The notes under the pieces: model-generated
Database searches by the model: none
What the model was told of the DNA's origin: nothing
Seen by the model: only the letters and a program-made list of their open reading frames with translations
Translations under genes and position numbers: made by a program
NCBI GenBank assembly: GCA_964552465.1
Contig: CAZKGR010000018.1
Span: forward strand, 6,097 to 70,096
Direction of reading: 5' to 3'
DNA from: an uncultured bacterium
GTDB lineage: Bacteria; Electryoneota; Electryoneia; Electryoneales; Electryoneaceae
Length of the DNA stretch: 64,000 nucleotides
Part shown: positions 1 to 9,741 of the stretch, one piece after another
Layout: each line of letters begins with the position of its first letter
Position numbering within the stretch: the first letter of the stretch is position 1

Positions 1-1
1 T

Positions 2-814
2 GTTGTTGTAACCACGATGACGATGGAATTCTTGTGGGATAGAGAATTGTATCATGATAATGCTGGTATGATTCTCGAAAACACAATCAACTACATGGCC
101 AACCGTCCACCAAGTGGTCCTGTTCAAATCGAGATTATACCAGACAATCCTCCTGTATCGATACCACAGGGAGGAACATTCACTTTCGGTGTTCACATCA
201 CTTCAGAGTTCCCGCCAACTGTGCAGGCCTGGTTCTGGACATTGATCGAATTCCCCAATGGTCAGATGTTCGGTCCGATGGCGCAAGCGCGCATTGCCGT
301 TTCCAACGGGATGGATTTATGGGTAAACAACATCTCGCAGACCATGCCGATCAACTCGCCAGTTGGTCAATACAGGTACTATTTCCACGCTGGTCTGAAC
401 CTGGGTAACTCAATGCTGTACGATTATTTCCGCTTCGATGTAACCCCTGCAGTCGCAGGCGCTGAAGGTGGATATGAATACACGGTAACCGGCTTCGACA
501 AGTTGAACAACATCACTGGCGAAAATGCTGGAGTTGTCAACGTTCCGGCTGAGTTCGAGCTCGTGCAGGTGTATCCGAATCCGTTCAATCCGACCACGAA
601 TGTCAGTATCACACTGCCTGAAGCGACTGACCTGAAGGTCGCAGTGTATAACACGACGGGTCAGCAGGTCGCCGAACTGACCAATGGTCATCACTCCGCC
701 GGAATGCACAATTTCGTGTTGGATGGTAGCAGCCTTTCCAGCGGCGTGTACTTTGTGCGGGCAGTGACCAGCGATGGCGATGCGGGCATGCAGAAAGTCA
801 TGTTGATGAAGTGA
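2..814 (+). CDS. T9SS type A sorting domain protein, 5'-truncated by the window edge; paralog of the next gene
   Basis: The frame is open from base 2 (VVVTTMTMEF), matching NVVVTTMVMEY of the downstream paralog. It ends in a YPNPFNPTT...LSSGVYFVRA...KVMLMK sorting domain. Confidence 0.9.
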   Translation, partial: VVVTTMTMEFLWDRELYHDNAGMILENTINYMANRPPSGPVQIEIIPDNPPVSIPQGGTFTFGVHITSEFPPTVQAWFWTLIEFPNGQMFGPMAQARIAVSNGMDLWVNNISQTMPINSPVGQYRYYFHAGLNLGNSMLYDYFRFDVTPAVAGAEGGYEYTVTGFDKLNNITGENAGVVNVPAEFELVQVYPNPFNPTTNVSITLPEATDLKVAVYNTTGQQVAELTNGHHSAGMHNFVLDGSSLSSGVYFVRAVTSDGDAGMQKVMLMK

Positions 815-867
815 TTTTCATGACTAATGGATGCCGTATGCAATAACGTTCAAAAAACAGACACTCA

Positions 868-897
868 TTCGAGGGGATGCATCTGCATCCCCTCGAA
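868..897. terminator. 13-bp stem-loop between the tandem T9SS paralogs
   Basis: ttcgaggggatgc-atct-gcatcccctcgaa. No clear T-tract on +, so it may be a terminator or an mRNA-stabilising hairpin. Confidence 0.5.
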
Positions 898-959
898 CAG
901 GCAGCACCCCATATTATTGACCACGAAGTGGCATGCCAAGAAAACCAAGAGGAGGTAGT

Positions 960-2405
960 ATGCGGAGTATTGCAACGATGGTCTTGATCCTGATACTCGC
1001 TTGTACAATTTCAGCTTTTGCCAGTACGGTTCCGAGTGATCATCCATCCATGGTTGGAGGAACACCAGTCCAGGCGCATATCAACGAGCTTGACGAAGCT
1101 TATGTCCTATTGATTCAAGACCTAGTGTCATTCTGGGGAAATTCCAACCAGGAAATCCTTGACACGATGGCTCCGGACGTGACCTACGATCTCATCAACT
1201 CATCGATGATTCCGGCAACTGATTTCAATAACTATACCTTCGTGCTTGTCGAGGGAAACCAACCGACGACCTTCAACCAGAACGTGCTCGACAACATGGC
1301 GCAGTTCGAGGAATACGTTGGTAGTGGTGGCTGGTTACAGTTCCACATGGGGACGAACACCCATACACCGAGGTTGACACTGTGGGATGGAACCACTTAC
1401 ATCTGGGAAAATAACGAAAGCTCGAACTTCATGGGTCCTGATGGCCTTGGACATCCGGCGCTTGAAGGGGTGTCTGAGCCTTATCTGGGCAACGGTACGA
1501 ATCACGGTTACTTGTCGGATTACCCTCCCGAGGCTGCTCTAATTGTTGAGACTTCACTTGGAAACCCAACATATGCTGAATATGGATACGGCCAGGGTAA
1601 CGTTGTAGTCACCACCATGGTGATGGAATATCTGTATCACAACAACTACAACTCCGGCCAGATCTTGGTCAACACGATCAACTACATGGCTAACCGTCCT
1701 CCGAGTGGCCCGGTGCAGATCGAGATTATTCCCGACAATCCGCCTGTGTCAATTCCGCAGGGTGGCACTTTAACGTTCGGCGTGCACGTCACTTCCGAGT
1801 ATCCACCGACTGTGCAGGCGTGGTTCTGGACGGAGATCGAGTTCCCGAACGGCCAGATATTCGGACCGATGGCTCAGGCACGAACCAACGTTTACAACGG
1901 AATGGATCTCTGGGTGACAAACCTCTCGCAGACCATGCCGATCAACACACCGGTTGGCGAATATCGGTACTACTTCCATGCCGGCCTGAATCTGGGTTAC
2001 TCGTTACTGTACGACTACTTCCGGTTTGATGTGACGCCGGCAGTCGCAGGCGCTGAGGGAGGATATGAATACACCATCACCGGCTTCGAGAAGTTGAACA
2101 ACATCGCGGGCGAAGATGCTGCGACAGTGATAGTGCCAACTGAGTTTGCGATGGCGGAAGTCTATCCGAACCCATTCAACCCGACGGCCAATGTGAGCAT
2201 CACATTGCCGAATGCGACGCAGTTGACCGTTGGCGTATACAACGTCATGGGCCAGCAGGTAGCCGAGCTGACCAATGGTCAGCACAGCGCCGGAATGCAC
2301 AGCTTCGTGCTTGATGGCAGCAACCTGTCCAGCGGCGTGTACTTTGTGCGGGCACTGACCAGTGATGGCGATGCAGGCATGCAAAAAGTCATGTTGATGA
2401 AATGA
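960..2405 (+). CDS. Secreted T9SS cargo: signal peptide, glutamine-amidotransferase-like/unknown domain, Ig-like domain, CTD
   Basis: GGAGG RBS at 951-955 before ATG 960; hydrophobic signal (MRSIATMVLILILACTISAFA); C-terminal YPNPFNPT...KVMLMK. The middle-domain call is tentative. Confidence 0.85.
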   Translation: MRSIATMVLILILACTISAFASTVPSDHPSMVGGTPVQAHINELDEAYVLLIQDLVSFWGNSNQEILDTMAPDVTYDLINSSMIPATDFNNYTFVLVEGNQPTTFNQNVLDNMAQFEEYVGSGGWLQFHMGTNTHTPRLTLWDGTTYIWENNESSNFMGPDGLGHPALEGVSEPYLGNGTNHGYLSDYPPEAALIVETSLGNPTYAEYGYGQGNVVVTTMVMEYLYHNNYNSGQILVNTINYMANRPPSGPVQIEIIPDNPPVSIPQGGTLTFGVHVTSEYPPTVQAWFWTEIEFPNGQIFGPMAQARTNVYNGMDLWVTNLSQTMPINTPVGEYRYYFHAGLNLGYSLLYDYFRFDVTPAVAGAEGGYEYTITGFEKLNNIAGEDAATVIVPTEFAMAEVYPNPFNPTANVSITLPNATQLTVGVYNVMGQQVAELTNGQHSAGMHSFVLDGSNLSSGVYFVRALTSDGDAGMQKVMLMK

Positions 2406-2408
2406 GAT

Positions 2409-2436
2409 GAGTCTGGAGACTGGAGTAAGGAGCAAA
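2409..2436. repeat. Degenerate heptamer tandem repeat, 4 units
   Basis: gagtctg gagactg gagtaag gagcaaa, just after the stop codon at 2405. Confidence 0.55.
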
Positions 2437-2441
2437 ACAAC

Positions 2442-2470
2442 ACAGCCACGGACGTTCATCCGTGGCTGTT
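2442..2470 (+). terminator. Intrinsic terminator between convergent genes
   Basis: acagccacgga-cgttca-tccgtggctgt (11-bp stem) followed by tctct; A-rich flank on the other side. Confidence 0.75.
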
Positions 2471-2515
2471 CTCTATACCTCAAACTGTGCTAAGGAGATG
2501 AGATACCGTAATTGA

Positions 2516-3109
2516 TTAAACGTTTCCGGCTTGAAATACATCATCCGCCCACCAATGTTCGAGCGCTGCAGTCAGCTCGACAATTCCCTCACGCTTCGTA
2601 GCACTGACTGGGAATATTTGCACTTTATCACCTACTGAGTGTTGCACTTGCCGAATTATCTTTGTCCGCTCGCCCCGTTTTATCTTGTCAATCTTGGTGA
2701 GCACGATAGATGCACCCACCCGCTCTTCGATGGCCCATTGCAGCATTTCGTTGTCGAGTTCGACCAGCCCGCGACGGCTGTCAACCAGGATTAGCAGCTG
2801 GCTCAAGTTGCCGTGTCCAACCAGGAAATCGCTGACCATCTGACGCCATTTCGCACGCAGATCCTCACCGACCTTGGCGAATCCATACCCCGGCAAATCA
2901 ACCAGATCCCAACGTTCGTTGACAAGGAAACGGTGCACGCCTCGTGTGCGTCCGGGTTGTTTCGAGGTTGCTGCCACCTTGCGGTTGAGTATCAGGTTGA
3001 TCAATGTGGATTTTCCCACATTTGAGCGGCCCGCTACAGCAATCGCCGGACGGGGTGTGCCTTTGTAAACTGGGGGCAGCTTCTTGACTGTGTGTACGTG
3101 AAATGCCAT
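2516..3109 (-). CDS. engB: Ribosome biogenesis GTP-binding protein YihA/YsxC (EngB)
   Basis: GRSNVGKS (G1), PGRT, DLPGYG (G3), TKIDK (G4). Start moved to the MAFHVH ATG at 3109. Confidence 0.95.
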   Translation of the reverse strand: MAFHVHTVKKLPPVYKGTPRPAIAVAGRSNVGKSTLINLILNRKVAATSKQPGRTRGVHRFLVNERWDLVDLPGYGFAKVGEDLRAKWRQMVSDFLVGHGNLSQLLILVDSRRGLVELDNEMLQWAIEERVGASIVLTKIDKIKRGERTKIIRQVQHSVGDKVQIFPVSATKREGIVELTAALEHWWADDVFQAGNV

Positions 3110-3149
3110 GCGAGAAGGTAGTTGATTGGAATGCGCAGATCTAGACAAC

Positions 3150-3181
3150 GAGGGGACACTTACGGAGTAAGTGTCCCCCTC
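3150..3181. repeat. GGGGACAC-type palindrome
   Basis: ggggacacttac-gga-gtaagtgtcccc, a 12-bp perfect stem in the hmgA-engB spacer. A half copy (ggtgtcccct) lies at 16471-16480. Confidence 0.6.
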
Positions 3182-3198
3182 AGCAATTACCTCGACAA

Positions 3199-4362
3199 TC
3201 AATCGTTATCGTTGCTCCAAGAACGCCCGTATTCCTTATCCTCAACCATTGTTACCGCTTTCGCAATGTTGATCGGATCGAATGTATCCAGCATGACTGC
3301 CAGCTCTTCCGTGCGTTCAACACCGACACTGCCCTCGTACTTGCCTGGCTGAGGACCGTGTGGGTGTCCGGCGGGATGCAAAGTCATCGAACCCATCTCA
3401 ATGCCCTTGCGACTCATGAACTCGTCGTTCGCGTAGAAAAGCATCTCGTCGCTCATCACGTTCGAGTGGTTGTAAGGAGCCGGGATCGCCTGCGGGTGAT
3501 AGTCGAACATGCGCGGCACGAACGCGCACATGACAAAACGTTCGCACTCAAAACTCTGGTGAATCGGTGGTGGCAGATGCACACTGCCGGTAATCGGTTC
3601 AAAGTCCTTGATGTTGAACGCCCACGGGTAATAATAACCGTCCCAGCCAACGACATCGAATGGGTGATTTCCCTGGATAGCCTCTGTCAGCACATTCTGC
3701 CGCTTGACTACCAGCTTGAATTCGCCCTTTTCGTCATGAACAGGTAGCGAACTCGGACGACGAATATCACGTTCACAATACGGGCTGTGCTCAAGCAGTT
3801 GACCCTTATCGTTCTGGTAACGTTTCGGATAACGGAAATAACCGGTTCCCTCGATCACCATGTATCGGTGTGGCCCTTTGCCCAGACGCATTCGATGTAG
3901 TATGCCTCGGTGAATCACCACGTGATCGCCCTGATGATACGGCAGTTCGCCGTACACTGATTCCAGCACGCCTTCGCCTTCAGCGATGTAGATCAGCTCG
4001 TCGCTCTGACTGTTGCGGAAGAAGAAATCGTCAGTCTGATCCGGCTGGACGAAACTGACTGAGACATGGTTGTTAAACATCACCGGCACGCGGTTCAACA
4101 CCGGACTGCCGCCCATCGGGAGGTCAAACAGACGGAAATGGCGCATCCGCAAATGTGCTTCAGGATCTGGTTCCCAATCGACAGTTTGTAGCTTGCGCTC
4201 ACCGAGAATGTCAGTCGGCGGGTGCAAATGGTAGAGCAGGGAAGAGGCACCATCGAATCCGTATGTACCCATCAACTCTTCGTTGTGGATTCCACCGCCG
4301 GATTTTGGGAAGACGGTGTGACGTTTAGGCGGGATGTCGCCTAATGTGTGGTAGATCGGCAT
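3199..4362 (-). CDS. hmgA: Homogentisate 1,2-dioxygenase
   Basis: PPKRHT, EELMGT.GF, SLLYH, HPFDVVGWDG, HLPPP.H, HSNVMSDE, TLHP.G.PHGP motifs; adjacent to hppD. Confidence 0.93.
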   Translation of the reverse strand: MPIYHTLGDIPPKRHTVFPKSGGGIHNEELMGTYGFDGASSLLYHLHPPTDILGERKLQTVDWEPDPEAHLRMRHFRLFDLPMGGSPVLNRVPVMFNNHVSVSFVQPDQTDDFFFRNSQSDELIYIAEGEGVLESVYGELPYHQGDHVVIHRGILHRMRLGKGPHRYMVIEGTGYFRYPKRYQNDKGQLLEHSPYCERDIRRPSSLPVHDEKGEFKLVVKRQNVLTEAIQGNHPFDVVGWDGYYYPWAFNIKDFEPITGSVHLPPPIHQSFECERFVMCAFVPRMFDYHPQAIPAPYNHSNVMSDEMLFYANDEFMSRKGIEMGSMTLHPAGHPHGPQPGKYEGSVGVERTEELAVMLDTFDPINIAKAVTMVEDKEYGRSWSNDND

Positions 4363-4393
4363 TTTCTATTCCTGATGTGTTCACAGCTATAAA

Positions 4394-5482
4394 CTACAAG
4401 TTACCGCGACGACCCTGCTCGCGTTCAATCGACTCGAACAACGCTTTGAAATTCCCCTTGCCGAAGCCTGTAGCGCCCCGGCGCTGGATCACTTCGTAGA
4501 ACAGTGTCGGACGGTCTTCCACCGGCTTGGTAAACAGTTGGAGTAAGTATCCCTTATCGTCACGGTCGACAAGCACTTTCAGCTCACGCAGCGCGCTGAT
4601 GTCTTCTTCGATGACTCCAACACGATCCTGCAGGTCATCATAGTATGAATTTGGAACTTCGAGGAACTCGACACCCATCTCCTTCATGGTAGAAATGGTG
4701 TCAATGATGTCGTCCGTGAGTAACGCAATATGCTGAACACCCGGGCCATTGTTGAACTCAACATATTCCTGAATCTGGCTTTTCTTCAAACCCGGCGCAG
4801 GTTCATTGATCGGCATCTTGATCCGGAAATTGTCCGACGCCATGACCGTGCTGCGCAGGGACGAGTGCTCAGTTGAAATGTCCTTATCATCGAATGTAAT
4901 GAACGGCTCAAATCCCAGCACTTGACGATACCAATCAACCCAGGTATTCATCTGCTGGTCTTCGACGTTGCCCACCATGTGGTCGAATGACCGCAATCCG
5001 TTCGCACGGCCCTTGATCTCCCACGGTTCGAAATTTGGCAGAAACAGCCCGTTGTAGTCGTCTGAGTTGATGAACGTGTGGACTACGTCGCCGTACGTGT
5101 GAATTGCTGCGCGGCGAACATCTCCATGCTTGTCAGACATTGTTTCAGGTTCACCCGCTGGCTTCGCGCCGCGCGATACAGCGGCTGCATGATCAGCATC
5201 CACATCGTTTACGCGAAACGCGATATCGGTAACGCCGTCACCGTGTGTTTTCAGGAAATCCATCAACGGATCATCGCTGAAAATCGGAGTCGTCAGAATG
5301 ACATGCGCGTTGCCCTGCCTGAGTAGGTAGGACGCTCGATCACGTTGCCCGGTTTCCGGACCGGCATAACCTACCTGGTCAAATCCAAACGCGTTCCGGT
5401 AATAATAGGATGCTTGCTTGGCATTTCCCACAGCGATTTCTACATGGTGAACGTGACTGATGGGAATGGGTGGCGCTTTCAT
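4394..5482 (-). CDS. hppD: 4-hydroxyphenylpyruvate dioxygenase
   Basis: [68 protein letters not shown]. Confidence 0.97.
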   Translation of the reverse strand: MKAPPIPISHVHHVEIAVGNAKQASYYYRNAFGFDQVGYAGPETGQRDRASYLLRQGNAHVILTTPIFSDDPLMDFLKTHGDGVTDIAFRVNDVDADHAAAVSRGAKPAGEPETMSDKHGDVRRAAIHTYGDVVHTFINSDDYNGLFLPNFEPWEIKGRANGLRSFDHMVGNVEDQQMNTWVDWYRQVLGFEPFITFDDKDISTEHSSLRSTVMASDNFRIKMPINEPAPGLKKSQIQEYVEFNNGPGVQHIALLTDDIIDTISTMKEMGVEFLEVPNSYYDDLQDRVGVIEEDISALRELKVLVDRDDKGYLLQLFTKPVEDRPTLFYEVIQRRGATGFGKGNFKALFESIEREQGRRGNL

Positions 5483-5760
5483 GTAATCACTCTCCTCGAT
5501 TGTCTTCTAAAATCTGAGCTTCTGACGATGAGCCACAAAGTTAAGTGATCCTAACACTGAAGGCAAGCGCGAGATTGCGAACCGAGTTGTGGTGTGTTCT
5601 GAATGAACAAGTCATTTCAATCAACGAATACTTATAATCAGAACTTAGGACTCTCATCGGAGCCGCGCAAGTTTGTTGGCTAATGATAGCATTACGCAGC
5701 GATAACTCAACATTACTCTTGTGTTGGGGAAGGACGATAGTGATCCGTGATGGGGGAAAA

Positions 5761-5979
5761 ATGAATAAACCAACTCAAGTCTTTCGTGTGTATCAGGATG
5801 GAGACAGGATTTGGTTGGTGCAATCGTTGGCAGGTCGAATACATGCCCGGTCACCATTCAAGGACACCGCCATTGACCTCGCGCGATTCGTTGCACGTCT
5901 ACGGGCACCCAGTGATGTCCACATCCATTCAAAAAACGGCAATCCTCCGAAAATCATGTCGTATCGCAATGCGCGTTAG
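5761..5979 (+). CDS. Small protein, DUF2188-like
   Basis: Pattern V...D..W.V......A...F.....AI..AR..AR......V.IH..NG......SY; purine-rich RBS before ATG 5761. Confidence 0.55.
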   Translation: MNKPTQVFRVYQDGDRIWLVQSLAGRIHARSPFKDTAIDLARFVARLRAPSDVHIHSKNGNPPKIMSYRNAR

Positions 5980-6006
5980 ATAGCAATTACATACCCGCGC
6001 CCGAAT

Positions 6007-6038
6007 AAAAAAGAGCCGTCCGGAAATCCGGACGGCTC
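6007..6038 (-). terminator. Intrinsic terminator of the 6069-8627 gene
   Basis: gagccgtccgg-aaat-ccggacggctc stem preceded by aaaaaa (T-tract on minus). Confidence 0.85.
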
Positions 6039-6068
6039 GTCTGTATTGACAAAACAGCTATCTACAGA

Positions 6069-8627
6069 TTAACGGACAAGCATGACCTTCTGAACCTGGC
6101 TCAGGTGATCCGGAACCGTAGCGTGGATGAAGTACAAACCACTCGCCATGCCGCTCGCGTCAAAGGTCAAAGCGTGACGTCCGGCGTTCATCCGATCGTT
6201 CGCCAACACCGCGACCTGCTGGCCGAGGACGTTGAACACACTAACCGTCAGATCAGCCGCTTCCGGCAGACCAACATAGACAGTAGTGGATGGGTTGAAC
6301 GGGTTCGGATATGCTGCTTCCAAAGCGTATTCCAATGGAATCGCGACCGCTTCCCCTTTATTGACTGGATCAAACGTCTCACCGCCAGTAATCCAATTAC
6401 CATCACCACCAGCGAGCTGACCAGTTTTGGTGAATGTGAAGGTGCCTTGCAGATAGTCAACCTGCGGATAGAATCCCACATGACCAATGAAAATGTACTC
6501 GCCAGCCGGCGCATTGCCTGGGACTGCGACCGAACGAGCAAGTGTCACATTATAGAACGGGCTGACGTTGAACGTCAGTGGTGCGGCCCATGGTCCATAA
6601 TGAGTACCGTTCGGAAGAAGAGCTGTTTCCCAATAATCCACGCCGTTGTATGGCTGCGGAATAAAGGTCTGGATGTGTGTGTCGTAGGTGATTGTACCAC
6701 CACCAGCCGGGAGCTCGGTCGAAGACGTCGGGGTCAAGGTAAGGGTCGCCGGAGCGTTATTACCGAGGCCACTCGTGTCAAACAGTAACATGAATCCGTT
6801 ATCTGCGACATAAGCGGTGTTACCAAACACGCAAACGTTATTTGTTGTACCCGGTGTCAACGAATATCCAGCCTGAGTTGCGTTACTTGGATCTGTAACA
6901 TCGTAAACATAGAATCCGTCGGTGTACTCAGCGACAAACAACCAGTTGTCAGCCAAAGCCAGCTGCTTTGCACGACCTGTAGCCACTATCTGAGAAACCA
7001 GAGTTGGACTTGCCGGATTCGACACATCGAGAACCGCTACACCCTGAGTGTCATCAGCGATGAAGGCTGTTGTGCCACTGAATTCAATACCGCCAGCATA
7101 ACCTGGGGTATCGAGATTACTCATCACTACCGGTGCTGATGGAGTGCTGATGTCAATGATGCTTATACCAGAGGCACCATCAGCGACCAACGCGTAGTTT
7201 CCGGAAATAACTACATCGCGGGCAAATCCAGGTGTATCAAACTCGATGACGAGCGAAGGACTCGTAGGAGTCGAAACGTCAACGATTACCAAGCCCAAAC
7301 TCGCTGCAGATGCGTACAGATAGTCGCCAGACTTGGCCACGTTGTAGCAAGACGATGTAGTGGTCACCGCGCCCTCTTCAACAGGAGCGGCTGGGTTCGC
7401 AATATCGACCACATGGATGCCATTCGCGCAAGACACATATGCGTAACTACCGTCGACAACTACATCTTCGGCATCGGCAAGGAGGTCAAGCGTACCAAGG
7501 ACTGTCGGATTGGCCGGATCAGTCACATCGGCAATTGTCAAGCCATCCCAACCCATTGCCATGTATGCTGTGTTGTTGACTTCGAAAGCGCCCATGGCAT
7601 TGTCACTACCGCCAACGGCACCAACCATGTCTATAGCATTATGCTCGTTGATGATCGCCATGTCTACAGTATGACTACCATAAGCGAAGAACTGTGGATC
7701 GGTGGTCAGCTGTTCGTAGCCAGCCATGTAAACATCGAAGTAATGGTCGCCTTCGACCAGGCCGCTGAAACTATAGCTGCCATCCTGGCCAGTAAGGTCC
7801 TGCGCTTCGCCACCATCCAACTCAACAACCGCCATCCACATCGGCGTGCCAGTAATTGCGTGAGTAACTGTACCGTCGATAATGACTTCCGGGGAAGACA
7901 GGTAACGTGACTGGAAAATCTCACTCGTGGAGTAGTTCTGCACGTATGCTACTACACCCAGATTGCCAAAAGTGTTGTTGTTCGGGATGTCGAAGGTGAA
8001 GTTGAAAACCAGCTGTTCGTTACCACCTGCGGACGTGAAGACCTGACCCTGATATCCGTAGGCCATGTCGAGCATGTTGTACTTGTAATCATCGATCCCG
8101 TTCGAGCCAGGCGGAACCACTTGCATCTTGTCAACAAGCACGATATTGAAGCGCATGTCGCCCTGTGTAGCTTCAGCGCAGGTTAAAGTTGCCGTAACCG
8201 GCACATCTACGCCAGGTTCCGGCCACGCGTCAAACTCAATCTGGTACGGTGTGTACGTGCCGATGCGCGGAGTCACAAAAGGCAGCAGATTGTTCAATTG
8301 AGACTGATCGCCCCACAGACCTTCACCCTGGAACCACGGGACGTAGTTCACGCCGTAATAAGTCCAGCGACCGGTGTTCTCAGGAACATTGCCCTGATAG
8401 TAGCCATCGCTACCACTCGGCCATGAAGTATGATAGCAGATATAAGCGATTTCGTCACGCGAGTAGTTGTTCAGCATGTTCTCAATGGGATCATGCTGAC
8501 CAGCACATGGACCGCATCCTGTGTTTGTGAAGTACTCAACGAGAATCGTTTTCTCGAATGCTTGTGCGCCCACAACCATGGACAACAGCAGAGCTCCAAT
8601 CAAAAGTAGGCTGAAATGCTTCATCAT
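6069..8627 (-). CDS. Multidomain T9SS cargo: Omp28-like thioredoxin fold (CGPC), carboxypeptidase-regulatory-like domain, LVIVD repeats, Ig-like domain, CTD
   Basis: VEYFTNTGCGPC; repeated A(Y/F)VAD...GL.I.DVS.P..P units; YPNPFNPST...VQKVMLVR; GGAGA RBS before ATG 8627 (MMKHFSLLLIG). Confidence 0.85.
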   Translation of the reverse strand: MMKHFSLLLIGALLLSMVVGAQAFEKTILVEYFTNTGCGPCAGQHDPIENMLNNYSRDEIAYICYHTSWPSGSDGYYQGNVPENTGRWTYYGVNYVPWFQGEGLWGDQSQLNNLLPFVTPRIGTYTPYQIEFDAWPEPGVDVPVTATLTCAEATQGDMRFNIVLVDKMQVVPPGSNGIDDYKYNMLDMAYGYQGQVFTSAGGNEQLVFNFTFDIPNNNTFGNLGVVAYVQNYSTSEIFQSRYLSSPEVIIDGTVTHAITGTPMWMAVVELDGGEAQDLTGQDGSYSFSGLVEGDHYFDVYMAGYEQLTTDPQFFAYGSHTVDMAIINEHNAIDMVGAVGGSDNAMGAFEVNNTAYMAMGWDGLTIADVTDPANPTVLGTLDLLADAEDVVVDGSYAYVSCANGIHVVDIANPAAPVEEGAVTTTSSCYNVAKSGDYLYASAASLGLVIVDVSTPTSPSLVIEFDTPGFARDVVISGNYALVADGASGISIIDISTPSAPVVMSNLDTPGYAGGIEFSGTTAFIADDTQGVAVLDVSNPASPTLVSQIVATGRAKQLALADNWLFVAEYTDGFYVYDVTDPSNATQAGYSLTPGTTNNVCVFGNTAYVADNGFMLLFDTSGLGNNAPATLTLTPTSSTELPAGGGTITYDTHIQTFIPQPYNGVDYWETALLPNGTHYGPWAAPLTFNVSPFYNVTLARSVAVPGNAPAGEYIFIGHVGFYPQVDYLQGTFTFTKTGQLAGGDGNWITGGETFDPVNKGEAVAIPLEYALEAAYPNPFNPSTTVYVGLPEAADLTVSVFNVLGQQVAVLANDRMNAGRHALTFDASGMASGLYFIHATVPDHLSQVQKVMLVR

Positions 8628-8882
8628 CGTTCTCCGTTCTGGTTGTACCTTCCCCAATATCGTTTCAACATCTTTGGTATTTTACAAGTCGCTATGCCTT
8701 AAAAAGCTGAATTTCACAAATGGCAAACCGAAAGATAGTCTCCCGGTTCTACTCCCACCATAGCTAAACATAAATCAACTAAAATTGAGTGTTGTCTTTC
8801 CGCCAGATAACTCCGAGAGGCCTGGGGCAAAATAGAGCTTACAGGATTGCTCCGCGCCGTGCTGAAACCTACAATATGTTCC

Positions 8883-9461
8883 ATGAGTCGAATCCAACCT
8901 AAACCGTTATTCTCACTGTTGCACCAACCTCTTTTCAGGTGGAAACTGAAACGTATGCGAGGCGTGCATGGCCGAACTGAGTCGTCCGCCACAGATAGAG
9001 GAAGGATCATTCTGGTTACAAGTAGCGATTCAAAACTCGCCACACAAGAGCTCCGGTTTGCCAGAGCTAACTTTTTTGGATCAGACTACCAGAACGTGCT
9101 CTGCATAACGCCACTGGTCGCGTGGAATGAACTGGATGACCTACCTGCCAACTGGACACCCCTTTCATACAGCATCGAGCAGATCACACGATTCGGGTTT
9201 CCAACACTATCGTTCACAAAACAGGTCGAGAGAAATAAAGCAGTGGTCAGTGTGTTGCTAAGTATCGAATCTGACCCGTTTTCGGAATTACTGTTCGTCC
9301 ACACTCAATGTCCACAACGAGTTGCCTTCCATCAAGCAACCATGTACAACTACACAACATTGCTGGTATCGCCAAAGTCAACGAACGACCTGACATCCTC
9401 GCTGCACAACCTGTTCGCCACTATCCAAACCTATCTGCCGCCTGACAAAGAACTCGTATAG
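8883..9461 (+). CDS. Hypothetical protein (DUF6913-like)
   Basis: Long ORF filling the intergenic gap. The C-terminal half (ITRFGFP...VLLSIESDPFSELLF...RVAF) resembles a Bacteroidota DUF; tentative. Confidence 0.5.
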   Translation: MSRIQPKPLFSLLHQPLFRWKLKRMRGVHGRTESSATDRGRIILVTSSDSKLATQELRFARANFFGSDYQNVLCITPLVAWNELDDLPANWTPLSYSIEQITRFGFPTLSFTKQVERNKAVVSVLLSIESDPFSELLFVHTQCPQRVAFHQATMYNYTTLLVSPKSTNDLTSSLHNLFATIQTYLPPDKELV

Positions 9462-9633
9462 CACTATCAATGTCTACTGAAATCCCAAAATCACTATATA
9501 CGCTCAATAGACGAATCTGATATTAATATCTAATATAAGTAATATTTTCATCAAATGCTACACTATTATTTCAATTATTTGAGTGACTGGAATCACACGA
9601 GAGTCGCGGTATCTCTCTCTGCTGCAAAAAATG

Positions 9634-9661
9634 AAAAGGGCACATGAGATTCATGTGCCCT
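9634..9661 (-). terminator. Intrinsic terminator of the ECF operon
   Basis: agggcacatga-gat-tcatgtgccct with aaaa/aaaaaa on the left (T-tract on minus). Confidence 0.75.
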
Positions 9662-9741
9662 GAATATCTGAATATATCGTAAGTTAGTTCGGTAAGACCA
9701 CCTCGTCATGATGACTCAACTACGTCGTGAATCGCAGTGAA

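Noticed and set aside
9462-9600. AT-rich tract as replication origin
   Set aside because: It is short, with no DnaA-box cluster or dnaA/gidA context; it fits a convergent intergenic spacer.
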